DNA of 64,000 nt, taken from the IMG/VR virus record IMGVR_UViG_3300032046_000001, positions 248,421 through 312,420 of that record. The stretch is one strand, 5' to 3'. The first letter of the stretch is position 1, and each line of letters starts with the position of its first letter. This document shows positions 27,884 through 37,636 of the stretch, piece by piece. Under the pieces are notes generated by a model that did no database searches, was not told the DNA's origin, and saw only the letters and a list, made by a program, of their open reading frames with translations. Position numbers and translations under genes: made by a program.

Positions 27884-30667
27884 TTATTTTATTTTCTCTC
27901 CAAGTAGGATCTTATCTATTATTCCTGAATATTGACCAACTTCAAAAAGACCTTTTATGATACTTCTTTTTGGATCTGAAAAACCAAGACTTAGAATCCA
28001 TGATTCGAATGCCGGAACTTGTTGTATACTATGCCATTCTGGTTTAACATTCTCTCTATTTTCAACCAATCTCCATTTTGTATAACCACTCCACATTAAT
28101 TGACTAATGACAGCTTCAATATGAATATGATGAATCTTTCCATTATTATTATAAATTTTGAATAATTTTTCTGCCATTTCACCAGGAATTTGATTATCAC
28201 TAAAATGATGAAAAGCATCACAAGCAACCGAAAGATCAGCAACAATATCATCTTGTTTTAAATCACCATCAGATTTTGCACCTCTAATATTTGCAACACC
28301 TGACGTATGAAATGTTCTTAGAATCAATTGAGTAGACCGTTCACCTAATGTTTGTGCTGCAATAATACCAATATATTTACTATTTAAAATCTTGTAAAGA
28401 TTACCATAACATTTGTGACAAATTTTATTACTTCTACAATATATCGGTGATCTCAAAAGAATGATTTTACCAATTAGATTCTTATAATTTTCTTTTGTAA
28501 TTTCAACATATTCATTATTATCATTTAAATAATAACGATATAATAACATCTCGGCTTTTTGTACAGAATCGACATTGATAGTTAAGTGATCTCTTGTTCC
28601 ACAATCTTCTAAATCAAGATCCTTTTGAAGATTAACACAAGAAAAATTTAATTTTCTTGAAAGATAGCCAGATTCCCCTGTATTTAAAGCAACATCTAAT
28701 AATCCTTTTCTACATCCGTATGTTGATATAAAAAATTCTTCAGGTGTTAAACCATCTAATAAACTCGATTTAACTGGTGTTGGTATAATCTCACCTTTAA
28801 AGTTCGAAATAAAACCTCTTGATAGAATAATTTGTCTTGCTTGATCCCATGTTCCTCTAGATCCAGAACTAATCATATAAGAATAGTTAAAATTTTCTTT
28901 CAAAAAGTTTTCTGTTTCCAGACTGGAAATTTTATTTAACTGGGTTACGATATTATCAGATTCATATAATTCTTTCTTAAGCGAATCATCTTTTAATTCG
29001 AATGAATCCAATGACATTGTTGGACCAAATAAGGTAGCGTATTTAAAACCGCAATTTTTAATCTGATCTAAAATTTCAGCTAGGATCGTGTAGTCATATT
29101 TTGATTTAATATCTTCTAAAATATTTAATAGTTCTTTCTTTGATATTATCTTATCAATTATAGGATAATCATTCGGTAAACAATCATTGAATATTTTTCT
29201 ACTTTCTGTAATTTTTTGACCTTTACAAACGACCATCTTTTTCAATTTTGGAAATTGATTTGAAGTTAATGCGTATATACCAAGAATCATATCTTGAGAA
29301 TGAGTAGTTGTTAATAATCCATTTGCGGGATTACTCAAATTTTTAGTTATTAAAAATTTATCATAGACTTCTTGTTTTGATTCTTCTGATATAGGCACAT
29401 ATACAGCCATCTGATCACCATCAAAATCTGCATTAAAACAACCACAAACTAACGGGTGAATCTTGATTGTATTATTCCCATGAATTCGATATACTGTTTC
29501 ATTATTATCATCTTTCTTTTCGAAAATGACAGAATTATTATTATCTAATTTTATTTTGAAACCTAACATACCCAATCTGTGAAGAGAAGGTTGTCGATTA
29601 ATAATACACACTTGAGGATGTTGTTCAAAATATTCTTTGACAAATTCGAATAAATAATATGATTTTGTAAGAATCGTCTGATCTAATATTTGAATCGCAC
29701 TATTAAGAAATTTAACTATTCCGCGATATGTCATTTCTTTTGCGATGTCAATTTTAAATAATTCAAGAATCATACTATAAGGTAAAATACACTCATCTAA
29801 TTTCAACATTGGATCTGGTGTGATCACAGCCCTACCTGAAAAATCAATTCTCTTACCTAATATATGTCCTCTGATTAAACCATCTTTTTCTGACATTGAC
29901 GATAAAATATAACCATATAGTTCATTCACATCTTTTTGAAGTTGATGATAATATTGATAATATATTTTTTTATCATTCGCAATATCATAGTTTGTATTGG
30001 CCATAATTTCTTTTTTGGTTAATAACCTGATATAGAATCTATTTATTTTATCTACGATTTGGTTACGATTATTTTTTTCTGTGATTTTTGATGCAGGACG
30101 TAAATCAGCAGGTAAGACAATAACTTCATTAATCAATACGTTATGAATATTGTCATATATATATTTCCATTTTGGATCATCCAACTTATATTTTGAAGTT
30201 TCATACAATAATTTTATAACAGCTCCCATTTTATCCCATCTTTCAGAATCAGATGGAATATTATTAGGATCATCTGTCACTAAATATTTTTCACCTTTTT
30301 TATATAATATACTTCTTTCATTTGAAATTAATATATCAACCAGGGATTTAATTTTAGAACCACATAAACTGGAAATCAAATCGTAAAAAATTGGATTCAT
30401 AACTGGTAAAGGAAGTTTGATTTTTGCAAATCTTTTTCTTCTTTCACCACAATTAGTTATTTCCACACCACATATTTTACAAACTTCACCTTCACCAGAA
30501 AGTCCATAAAAAGTTCCACATTGACATGTATAATTTTTTACTGGACCAAAAATCTGTTCAGAAAATAAACCATCTTCTGTAAATCTGCCACGATTATTAA
30601 TTATTTTTGAAGTTTTGATTTCTTTCAAATCTTCACAAAAGTCATGTATATCTAAGAGTTTCGACAT
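27884..30667 (-). CDS. rpoC: DNA-directed RNA polymerase subunit beta' (phage-encoded)
   Basis: IFGP...CQCG..CKICG, LGKRIDFSGRAVI, NRQPSLHR, NADFDGDQMAV, RKGL.D.AL.T..SGYL.RKL, LRTFHTSG. Confidence 0.97.
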   Translation of the reverse strand: MSKLLDIHDFCEDLKEIKTSKIINNRGRFTEDGLFSEQIFGPVKNYTCQCGTFYGLSGEGEVCKICGVEITNCGERRKRFAKIKLPLPVMNPIFYDLISSLCGSKIKSLVDILISNERSILYKKGEKYLVTDDPNNIPSDSERWDKMGAVIKLLYETSKYKLDDPKWKYIYDNIHNVLINEVIVLPADLRPASKITEKNNRNQIVDKINRFYIRLLTKKEIMANTNYDIANDKKIYYQYYHQLQKDVNELYGYILSSMSEKDGLIRGHILGKRIDFSGRAVITPDPMLKLDECILPYSMILELFKIDIAKEMTYRGIVKFLNSAIQILDQTILTKSYYLFEFVKEYFEQHPQVCIINRQPSLHRLGMLGFKIKLDNNNSVIFEKKDDNNETVYRIHGNNTIKIHPLVCGCFNADFDGDQMAVYVPISEESKQEVYDKFLITKNLSNPANGLLTTTHSQDMILGIYALTSNQFPKLKKMVVCKGQKITESRKIFNDCLPNDYPIIDKIISKKELLNILEDIKSKYDYTILAEILDQIKNCGFKYATLFGPTMSLDSFELKDDSLKKELYESDNIVTQLNKISSLETENFLKENFNYSYMISSGSRGTWDQARQIILSRGFISNFKGEIIPTPVKSSLLDGLTPEEFFISTYGCRKGLLDVALNTGESGYLSRKLNFSCVNLQKDLDLEDCGTRDHLTINVDSVQKAEMLLYRYYLNDNNEYVEITKENYKNLIGKIILLRSPIYCRSNKICHKCYGNLYKILNSKYIGIIAAQTLGERSTQLILRTFHTSGVANIRGAKSDGDLKQDDIVADLSVACDAFHHFSDNQIPGEMAEKLFKIYNNNGKIHHIHIEAVISQLMWSGYTKWRLVENRENVKPEWHSIQQVPAFESWILSLGFSDPKRSIIKGLFEVGQYSGIIDKILLGEKIK

Positions 30668-30672
30668 TAATT

Positions 30673-31098
30673 TTATATCCCCAATTTGTGTAAATTAAAA
30701 AAATTTGATATTTTACCAATTATTGAGTTCTCTTTTTTCTCTACCTTTTTCATATATTCTTGATGATCATATGGTTCATACTCTATATAATTAAATGGAG
30801 TGAAATAACAATTATTTAAATTATAAGTTCTGATTAAATTTTCAATTAATTTAATTAAATCATTTGATAATACTTTATATTTGACATTAGCTGATAAACA
30901 AAATAAATCAGTATATGGATCGGCATTACAATGATCAGCATCTAATTTAATACTAATTAATTTATTTTTGCCATCTGTTATTCTAACTGAATATTTATCA
31001 ATTATATAATTTGGATCTATTTTTGTTATTCTGTAAATTTTATTATTATGAATCATTCTCTCAGGTACAAGTTTTTTTGCTATTACAAACTGTTTCAT
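30673..31098 (-). CDS. Hypothetical protein between ThiF2 and rpoC
   Basis: ATG overlaps the stop of 31098..31991; ends 5 nt before rpoC. Confidence 0.65.
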   Translation of the reverse strand: MKQFVIAKKLVPERMIHNNKIYRITKIDPNYIIDKYSVRITDGKNKLISIKLDADHCNADPYTDLFCLSANVKYKVLSNDLIKLIENLIRTYNLNNCYFTPFNYIEYEPYDHQEYMKKVEKKENSIIGKISNFFNLHKLGI

Positions 31099-31991
31099 TA
31101 TGCTGCACCAGACTCTGGAAGAAGATTTATAATATAATTATTTTGAGTCTGTGTAATTGAAATGATGTAATAGAGTTCAGGTTCATTTGAATTATTTATT
31201 AGATGTGACATTGTTGAAATGATATCATTAGCTGATTGAATTGAATTTTTGGGAATTTTTCTAATTGGATATTTATTAGAATCACCAATTGTTATTAGAA
31301 CATCTTTATTTCTATTCTCCTGAATTATATCAGTTACATTCTCTTCAAAATTTAATAATTTCTTAGATGCTTCATAATCTATAATCATGTTTCTATTATT
31401 ATATTTTTTCTTGATATCATTGGATACTTCATCTAAATAATCAAGAGATATTTCTTTCACTATTTGATTATCAATCATATAATTAATAAAACCACTTTGT
31501 AGAAAAGATGTTGCTATCATTGTTGCTTTTCTTAAATCATTTTTTGATAACAGTGTTGTATATCGGCCTTCATAATTCTTATCATATGTTATATTTTTTC
31601 TACAATCTACAACAAGATATCTGGACGTGATATACAATCTAACATCTATTTTATTTTTGCGATTATAAACAAAATCTCGACAATCAATTATTAAATCTGA
31701 ATATGGGAGTTCCGTAATTTCTTCTTCATATCTAGTTGTTAATATTTCAACATCTATATTACTTTGATCTTTTATGATATCATGAAGAACTGTTGTTTTA
31801 TATTTTCCAACATCACTCTTTCTATATATTGAATTATATGTATTCTTCATTTCAACTCTATCATAATCAACCAAGATTAATTTTTGTAAATTATCCAGTT
31901 CGGATAATGATTGAGACAAAAAACTACCTATGGTACCAAGACCAATAACTGCTACTGTTTTTATAGAAGATTCCTCCACAATTTTTTTCAA
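31098..31991 (-). CDS. ThiF/E1-family adenylyltransferase-like protein (second copy, divergent C-terminal half)
   Basis: VAVIGLGTIGS, LVDYDRVEMKN..NSIY..SDVGKYKT, DLIIDCRD. Confidence 0.8.
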   Translation of the reverse strand: MKKIVEESSIKTVAVIGLGTIGSFLSQSLSELDNLQKLILVDYDRVEMKNTYNSIYRKSDVGKYKTTVLHDIIKDQSNIDVEILTTRYEEEITELPYSDLIIDCRDFVYNRKNKIDVRLYITSRYLVVDCRKNITYDKNYEGRYTTLLSKNDLRKATMIATSFLQSGFINYMIDNQIVKEISLDYLDEVSNDIKKKYNNRNMIIDYEASKKLLNFEENVTDIIQENRNKDVLITIGDSNKYPIRKIPKNSIQSANDIISTMSHLINNSNEPELYYIISITQTQNNYIINLLPESGAA

Positions 31992-32111
31992 TATCTAAAA
32001 TTGGTGGGTAATTAAAGTTAAATAAAATATATTTTTAATTTGTTATTTAAATAAATTTTTTATTCCCATAAAAAAATAAAAAAATAAATTAGGATAATTA
32101 TAGGATAAGGG

Positions 32112-32137
32112 AAGGGATGGAATTTCTTCCATCCCTT
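32112..32137 (-). terminator. Hairpin after the Ubl gene
   Basis: AAGGGATGGAA-TTTC-TTCCATCCCTT. Confidence 0.6.
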
Positions 32138-32186
32138 TTTCCACTTATGTACTACACCCGGTATATCATATTATAATATTGGGTTA

Positions 32187-32741
32187 TTAACCCTTGCGAT
32201 CGGCAGGCTTCGTGAACTCCAGGGTCAAATCAGTCGATGTCAAAACGTAGTCGTATGCTACCTCGGTCGTACCGTTGACCAAAGCTTTGGAACCGGCAGC
32301 GATATTGAACGCTCCACTGAGCAAATTGAATACTTCCTGGACTGCATGTCCTACGGTGTCTTCGATCTCCTGTTTGTTGGTACCGCAGGTAACGACAATC
32401 TTGGTGTTGACACAGCCGTCATTGGCATTGGTGACAGTAAACGTACCGGAAACCGCAGCAAGGGCAACCCTGGTAAAATGGGCAATGAGAAGTTCCACCA
32501 AAATAGCCTTGGGTTGTTTTCCCAGACCGGACATACCATTTTCCTCGGCCAGCGTGAGCAGATCGGTAACAGACATTGCATTCAATTGTTCCCGGCTAAG
32601 AACCTCGGATTTCTCGACCATATCGTTCTCAATTACTTTGGCAATCATCTCGACGGTCTGTCCGTCCAATCCAGTGATCCCACGTCCAGCAGCGATTTGA
32701 AGAAGTTCGGCCTTTGACTTACCATTCAGTGCTTGATTCAT
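32187..32741 (-). CDS. Ubiquitin-like (beta-grasp) protein with two N-terminal Rho-N/HeH-like helical repeats
   Basis: Repeats SKAELLQIAAGRGITGL / SVTDLLTLAEENGMSGL; C-terminal domain ...ALVNG.......VL.......LEFTKPADRKG ending in a free Gly like Prok_Ub proteins. Confidence 0.75.
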   Translation of the reverse strand: MNQALNGKSKAELLQIAAGRGITGLDGQTVEMIAKVIENDMVEKSEVLSREQLNAMSVTDLLTLAEENGMSGLGKQPKAILVELLIAHFTRVALAAVSGTFTVTNANDGCVNTKIVVTCGTNKQEIEDTVGHAVQEVFNLLSGAFNIAAGSKALVNGTTEVAYDYVLTSTDLTLEFTKPADRKG

Positions 32742-32914
32742 AAAAATAATTCTCCTTTTGGAAATAGATTAGGTTCACTAAGTGAATCCTTTGAGATAAA
32801 ATACAGCGGCGACATTAATTATTTTTTTCTATCTCCTAAATAATTATAGCACCTCCCTTTGGATTTATCCATGAAGTTAGAGAGTTAAGACAACTCTCTC
32901 TTGATGGATTCTAT

Positions 32915-33181
32915 TTACTGAGTAAATTCCTGAAGCTTTTTCACTTTTCCCTCAATCCAATCAATACGATTCTTGGCATCCTGTTGACCAGCCTTAGCAG
33001 CCGAAATCTGATGATTTAGTTTCTGCACTTTTCGTGTCAAGGATTCAATTCGTTGTTCCTCCATTTGCGATGCCTGTTGAAGTTTCTTCTCAGCAACTGC
33101 AAACATTTTCAATGCGTTACCAAGAACTGTGGGAGCAACATTAATACCAAAATGAGATAATAAAATATAAAACCAGTCCAT
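32915..33181 (-). CDS. Small coiled-coil protein
   Basis: GGAGG SD, heptad pattern. Confidence 0.65.
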   Translation of the reverse strand: MDWFYILLSHFGINVAPTVLGNALKMFAVAEKKLQQASQMEEQRIESLTRKVQKLNHQISAAKAGQQDAKNRIDWIEGKVKKLQEFTQ

Positions 33182-33223
33182 TACAGACCTCCTTTACAAT
33201 ATTAAAAAGTACGAATTGTACCT

Positions 33224-33244
33224 TTCACATATTTATTATATATA
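33224..33244 (-). promoter_or_regulatory. Conserved intergenic motif variant, putative phage promoter (copy 4)
   Basis: TTCACATATTTATTATATATA; first 10 nt identical to consensus. Confidence 0.45.
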
Positions 33245-33297
33245 GATATAATCGTATATACAAGAATTTAAATATTTGGGTGCTTTGTATAATTAAA

Positions 33298-33999
33298 CTA
33301 TACTGGGAACTGTTTGGCTAAAACTTCACCTGTGAGAATATCGAAATCATTCTCACAGGTGGTATCGAGTTGACCAAGGATACAGATCTTGTAAAATCGA
33401 CACAACACAATCCATGCCGCTCCCATGTTTGCGAATAACAATTGTGGTTCTGCTTGATGCAATGCCTCACATCCGAGACGCTGAGGGTGTTGTCCATCAC
33501 CAACGGATATCTCTTCATGGTATCTGGTAATTGACGCAGTGTAGTTTTGTCCTGCAATCCGAACGTTTGTCAAAACATCGCCGGTGTAGAATCCATTACC
33601 CCCAGAAATTAAAACTACATTTTGCAGGGTAGCAACTTTTTCTGCAATCAACGCTCTGGTATCATGATTGTCAACACACACTAATACAATATCATCTTCT
33701 TGGATGATACTACTAATGTTGCTCTCACTGAGATATTCAGGAACCGAATGGATAGTTAAATCATACTTCTGCATGAGTTCGGTGGCTTTAATCTCGGCTT
33801 TATTACCGAAGTTATAAAAATCCTGTCTCTCCCGATTACGCTGCTCGAAGCTATCTCCGTCTACGATAGTTACCTCGAAGGTGTCAGCCTCTTCGCCTTC
33901 TGCTGGTTGCGGATGATAATAATTGAGGAATTGGCACAACGGATCAAGTAATTTAGTACCAATACCACCAGCACCTATAACTTTAATCGACCGATTCAT
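33298..33999 (-). CDS. E1-like ubiquitin-activating ThiF-family enzyme
   Basis: VIGAGGIGT, DGDSFEQRNRERQ, K(A), VCVDNH, GGNG, GCE....PQLLFAN (candidate catalytic Cys). Confidence 0.88.
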   Translation of the reverse strand: MNRSIKVIGAGGIGTKLLDPLCQFLNYYHPQPAEGEEADTFEVTIVDGDSFEQRNRERQDFYNFGNKAEIKATELMQKYDLTIHSVPEYLSESNISSIIQEDDIVLVCVDNHDTRALIAEKVATLQNVVLISGGNGFYTGDVLTNVRIAGQNYTASITRYHEEISVGDGQHPQRLGCEALHQAEPQLLFANMGAAWIVLCRFYKICILGQLDTTCENDFDILTGEVLAKQFPV

Positions 34000-35191
34000 A
34001 TGCTGAAATCTCCTCTTTTGTCATAATGATTACTCCTTCAGAGTCAATCATGTTGCCATTAGAATCATATGATAATTCAAAATCGCGGTTGTTGTTTGGT
34101 GTGTGTTCACCATAACATCCCATAGTTGTCAATAATAAGTCATCGACCAATCCACCTTCCATTGCCTGAATAGCAATATTACGATAATGACACTTTGGAC
34201 AGATGGTATAATCAATTAGTGGATAATAATCTGTATCATCACTACCATAACAATCAGGACGGGCAATTGGAGATGTTGGTGAATATTCAGGAGTTTTAGC
34301 AGGACTTGGAAGATACTTCGTTTCCGACGGAACATATGTGTTGTTTGATTGGGAAGAACATTTGATAAGTTTACCACCAACGAATTTATATACTACATCG
34401 GGTGTATAAACCATGTTCTCATACCATTCTATGGGAACCTCAACAGCATCCATATCAACGTCTAAACTAAAATGAAATTTAGTTGCAACCGATTGCGCTG
34501 TTACATCTGTCATATTATGAGTCGATACTTTAGATGCGGCATAATCTTCCCATACAGCACCCGAAGACACATACTTGGTTTCTTCCCGACTTGTGATTGT
34601 AACATCAAGATATCTTAATATTTCCTCCTCTTTAAGTTGAAATCTATTGCCGTTAATAACAATCGCTGCCGTGACCGATGGGGTATCTGTATTTATGTGT
34701 CCAAACACAATATGAATACCATCCAACTCACCCTCACTACCTTTGTCGGTACCACTATGAAACGCCGACATTGCACCACCGTGTGAGTGTAGTGTTCCAA
34801 CATACATAAAATCTTTCGGTGGACTGGAATTCTTCCAATCCGTTGACGCGCCCGAAATTTTCTGATTGGGAACATCAAATAAATAAAACTCGGTATATGG
34901 ATTATAGAAAATCCGTATACCAGCTTCAGATTTGTACGTTTCATAGATCTGTTTGAAAAACTTAAGACCTTGAGCTAACAAATCTTTGTGAATCTTCGGT
35001 ATCTTCATCTCCCCAAACGGTTGTAGTTTGGGGAGATGACTGATTCCATTAACCTTAGTTAAACTTCTCAATAATTGTTGATTCTTTAGAACAAAGTTGC
35101 CGTTACCGGCAACGATGTATAAAAGATCCTGGTCTTCAGGCAAGACATAATCCTTCGGTAATATAATAACAGGAATTTCACCAAATTTCAT
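33983..35191 (-). CDS. JAB/MPN (JAMM) metalloisopeptidase with C-terminal extension
   Basis: SEAG, P.Q..S, GTLHSHG.MSAFHSGTD, GIHIVFG; start placed at ATG 35191 just after the upstream stop. Confidence 0.88.
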   Translation of the reverse strand: MKFGEIPVIILPKDYVLPEDQDLLYIVAGNGNFVLKNQQLLRSLTKVNGISHLPKLQPFGEMKIPKIHKDLLAQGLKFFKQIYETYKSEAGIRIFYNPYTEFYLFDVPNQKISGASTDWKNSSPPKDFMYVGTLHSHGGAMSAFHSGTDKGSEGELDGIHIVFGHINTDTPSVTAAIVINGNRFQLKEEEILRYLDVTITSREETKYVSSGAVWEDYAASKVSTHNMTDVTAQSVATKFHFSLDVDMDAVEVPIEWYENMVYTPDVVYKFVGGKLIKCSSQSNNTYVPSETKYLPSPAKTPEYSPTSPIARPDCYGSDDTDYYPLIDYTICPKCHYRNIAIQAMEGGLVDDLLLTTMGCYGEHTPNNNRDFELSYDSNGNMIDSEGVIIMTKEEISAYESVD

Positions 35192-35192
35192 A

Positions 35193-37607
35193 TTAATTAT
35201 CCTCACTAACATTTGGAATTGTTGATGGATAATATCCATCAGAAAACGTATGAGTATTCCCATTTACAAAATTCGGGAGACTCTCATAAACAACATGTGA
35301 ATGGTTTTTAGATAATCTGGGGTCTAAAATACCATATCTCTTAAAATCTGGATTATTCTGTGAACTTACCACAGCCTTTGAACGGAAAGATCCTGTTTTC
35401 ACAAAAACAGGATCAATTAACATATACAACTTTCCGAGGTATGTGTTGTCATCATTGAAAACGAATAAATTATCACTTTTGGTACATAGATCACCTGTCT
35501 GCCAAGGAATCTTGGCCAAGTTTATTGTTTCGGGTGTTCTGGCTGATGTAACTACGTTGAAGTTATTGGTTAAATCTTCAACAGTAATTGTCAGACCATT
35601 TCCACACAATATAAGAGGCTTTTCACCATCGACAATAAATGCGTCAATTCTGTTTATCACCTTTTTCGGAAATCCTAATATTCCAGGATTCTTAGCTTGG
35701 ATAAGACCAACTTCAATACCATTCAGAGACTTGGATGCTTTCCTAATAGATCCGATGTAAACTCTACCGTTTGATAGGTTGATATATTGAGAACTAGTTG
35801 TTTCTTCACCACATCGTAATTCAAAATTCAAATAACCATTTGATCTGGCAAATGCTGTAATCGTCCAGATTTTACCAATTGTATCAGGATTGTTCCAGTT
35901 AGGACATACAACCTCATCACCAACACTGAAATTGATATCGACATCATATGATGGTATATGTAACTTGGTACCATCATTCGTCAATATATCCTCAAGTGCT
36001 GTTTCGCGGAAGAAAGTACTGCTCCAGATATTGGATGAGTCGTTACTGGAAAAAATGCCTATGCCTTTTACAATACGAAAATCTCGATCGGTTATAATCT
36101 GATCCAAAAATCTGAATGTTCTGGATTGAGTAATCCTTGGGTCATTTGCTTCAAAAATTGAGAAATCACCATTATAGATTGAATCTACAGAGATTCCTCG
36201 CTCATCACCATCACCACCGAAGAATATGTGGAGAATGTTGTAAGAATTATTCTGAATACGAAGCATTCTCCCGGTGAAGTAGGTCCGATATTGATTATTA
36301 AAGATCACATAATCCTTACCAGAAACCAATTCAGTATCGCCAGCCTTCACAGAATCGATTACGTCATATGTACCATCCAATGCCAGAAAGAACTTTGAAC
36401 CGATGACGAATTCAATCGTATTATCTCTGGCTAACCTAATCTTATCTACAACCTCATAGGTATTCATAGATTTGATTTTGATTATTGTGCCTGATGATAC
36501 GGTTTTACCATCAACTGTTAATGATTGTAAATAATTCGTTCTTTGAGCGGCAACATCTGTTTCCCATTGGGCTAATAAGGCTGGTGTTAACTCAACAGTA
36601 ATTTTTTCATTATTGAGATTAACCAGTTCCACCTGTTTAGGTGTATTAAAATTTCCCCTAATGGTATCAATATACCAATCTGCTTCTTCATATATTAATT
36701 TGTCGCCAATACTTACGACGCTCTCAACTAACCTGAAATTTTGATATATGGTTGATCCATTACCTCCAGATAGTTGTTCGTCAAGTGGTACAACAAACAC
36801 TCTCTCAAAGGTTGGAACTGTTCTAGAGACAACAAAAGTATCAATCTCCTGATACAATGTTTTATCGTGCATTATCAATGGAATGTTAAATCCGAATGTT
36901 GGTTTTTGACTAGCCATTGACCAAGCCAGAAAGGAATTCATCGGCGGTGTATTCTTGTATTTATCATGACGACAGCGATATTCCGCTGCAAATGGTGCTG
37001 CCCAATACAGAGCAATTAATTCTTCAACAGCAGATGACAGAGTATGAGTTTGTTTTGACCATGAACGTTTGTTACCACCAAAACAAACTTCATTGCCACT
37101 ACTAACATTAAATAAATTTGCATATCCCAAATAGTCGCCGGATGCTCCCAATGGATGATTTCGGAAAAATACCCGACAATAGGGAACTTCAAATACATCC
37201 TTTTTTTCCTGAACGAAGAGAAGAAACACTATATATGGTAATTGGATTCGGAGCGAGTACGGTATTTGTTGCCCTTCCAGCAACGATTCTAGTCCTAGTG
37301 CCGCCTGTCCACTCTTCTTGGTTGTTCTTGTTTCTTCAACAAAATCCCAGTCAAACTTCAAATGTCTTGATCTTGGAGCTTCCTCAATAACCAGAACTCT
37401 TGCACCACCTGAGCATGGAATATTTAATCTACAATTCCTGGGCAAAACATGACAGTCAGATCCCAACTGACTGGTAATTCGGGCAATATAATCTGCTGTT
37501 CGTATTAATTTTTTCCTGAAGACTGGTTGGGCTTCACCATTTTCTCCAATAATGGATTCAACAAACGATGTAGTTTCTTTGTCGATTATTAACGTGGGAT
37601 TTGTCAT
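35193..37607 (-). CDS. Prokaryotic E2-like conjugating domain fused to a ~550-aa beta-rich extension
   Basis: VLVIEEAPRSR, LPYIVF, FFRNHPL, ANLFNV..G.EVCFG (Cys at the E2 active-site position), YWAAPF. Confidence 0.72.
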   Translation of the reverse strand: MTNPTLIIDKETTSFVESIIGENGEAQPVFRKKLIRTADYIARITSQLGSDCHVLPRNCRLNIPCSGGARVLVIEEAPRSRHLKFDWDFVEETRTTKKSGQAALGLESLLEGQQIPYSLRIQLPYIVFLLFVQEKKDVFEVPYCRVFFRNHPLGASGDYLGYANLFNVSSGNEVCFGGNKRSWSKQTHTLSSAVEELIALYWAAPFAAEYRCRHDKYKNTPPMNSFLAWSMASQKPTFGFNIPLIMHDKTLYQEIDTFVVSRTVPTFERVFVVPLDEQLSGGNGSTIYQNFRLVESVVSIGDKLIYEEADWYIDTIRGNFNTPKQVELVNLNNEKITVELTPALLAQWETDVAAQRTNYLQSLTVDGKTVSSGTIIKIKSMNTYEVVDKIRLARDNTIEFVIGSKFFLALDGTYDVIDSVKAGDTELVSGKDYVIFNNQYRTYFTGRMLRIQNNSYNILHIFFGGDGDERGISVDSIYNGDFSIFEANDPRITQSRTFRFLDQIITDRDFRIVKGIGIFSSNDSSNIWSSTFFRETALEDILTNDGTKLHIPSYDVDINFSVGDEVVCPNWNNPDTIGKIWTITAFARSNGYLNFELRCGEETTSSQYINLSNGRVYIGSIRKASKSLNGIEVGLIQAKNPGILGFPKKVINRIDAFIVDGEKPLILCGNGLTITVEDLTNNFNVVTSARTPETINLAKIPWQTGDLCTKSDNLFVFNDDNTYLGKLYMLIDPVFVKTGSFRSKAVVSSQNNPDFKRYGILDPRLSKNHSHVVYESLPNFVNGNTHTFSDGYYPSTIPNVSEDN

Positions 37608-37636
37608 GATAACATCCTTTCCAAGTAATATAAAAT

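Noticed and set aside
23640-30667. Inteins or introns in the RNAP genes (also checked in topoisomerase and helicase)
   Set aside because: Conserved motifs are contiguous; no C...HN intein ends or unexplained insertions noticed
32275-32717. Two long antisense ORFs and an alternate-frame ORF (32351..32581) over the Ubl gene
   Set aside because: Explained by higher local GC (fewer stops); no recognisable domains or SD
33983-35263. ORF-track start at 35263 for the JAB gene
   Set aside because: Overlaps the E2 gene by 70 nt; ATG at 35191 right after the upstream stop is more plausible
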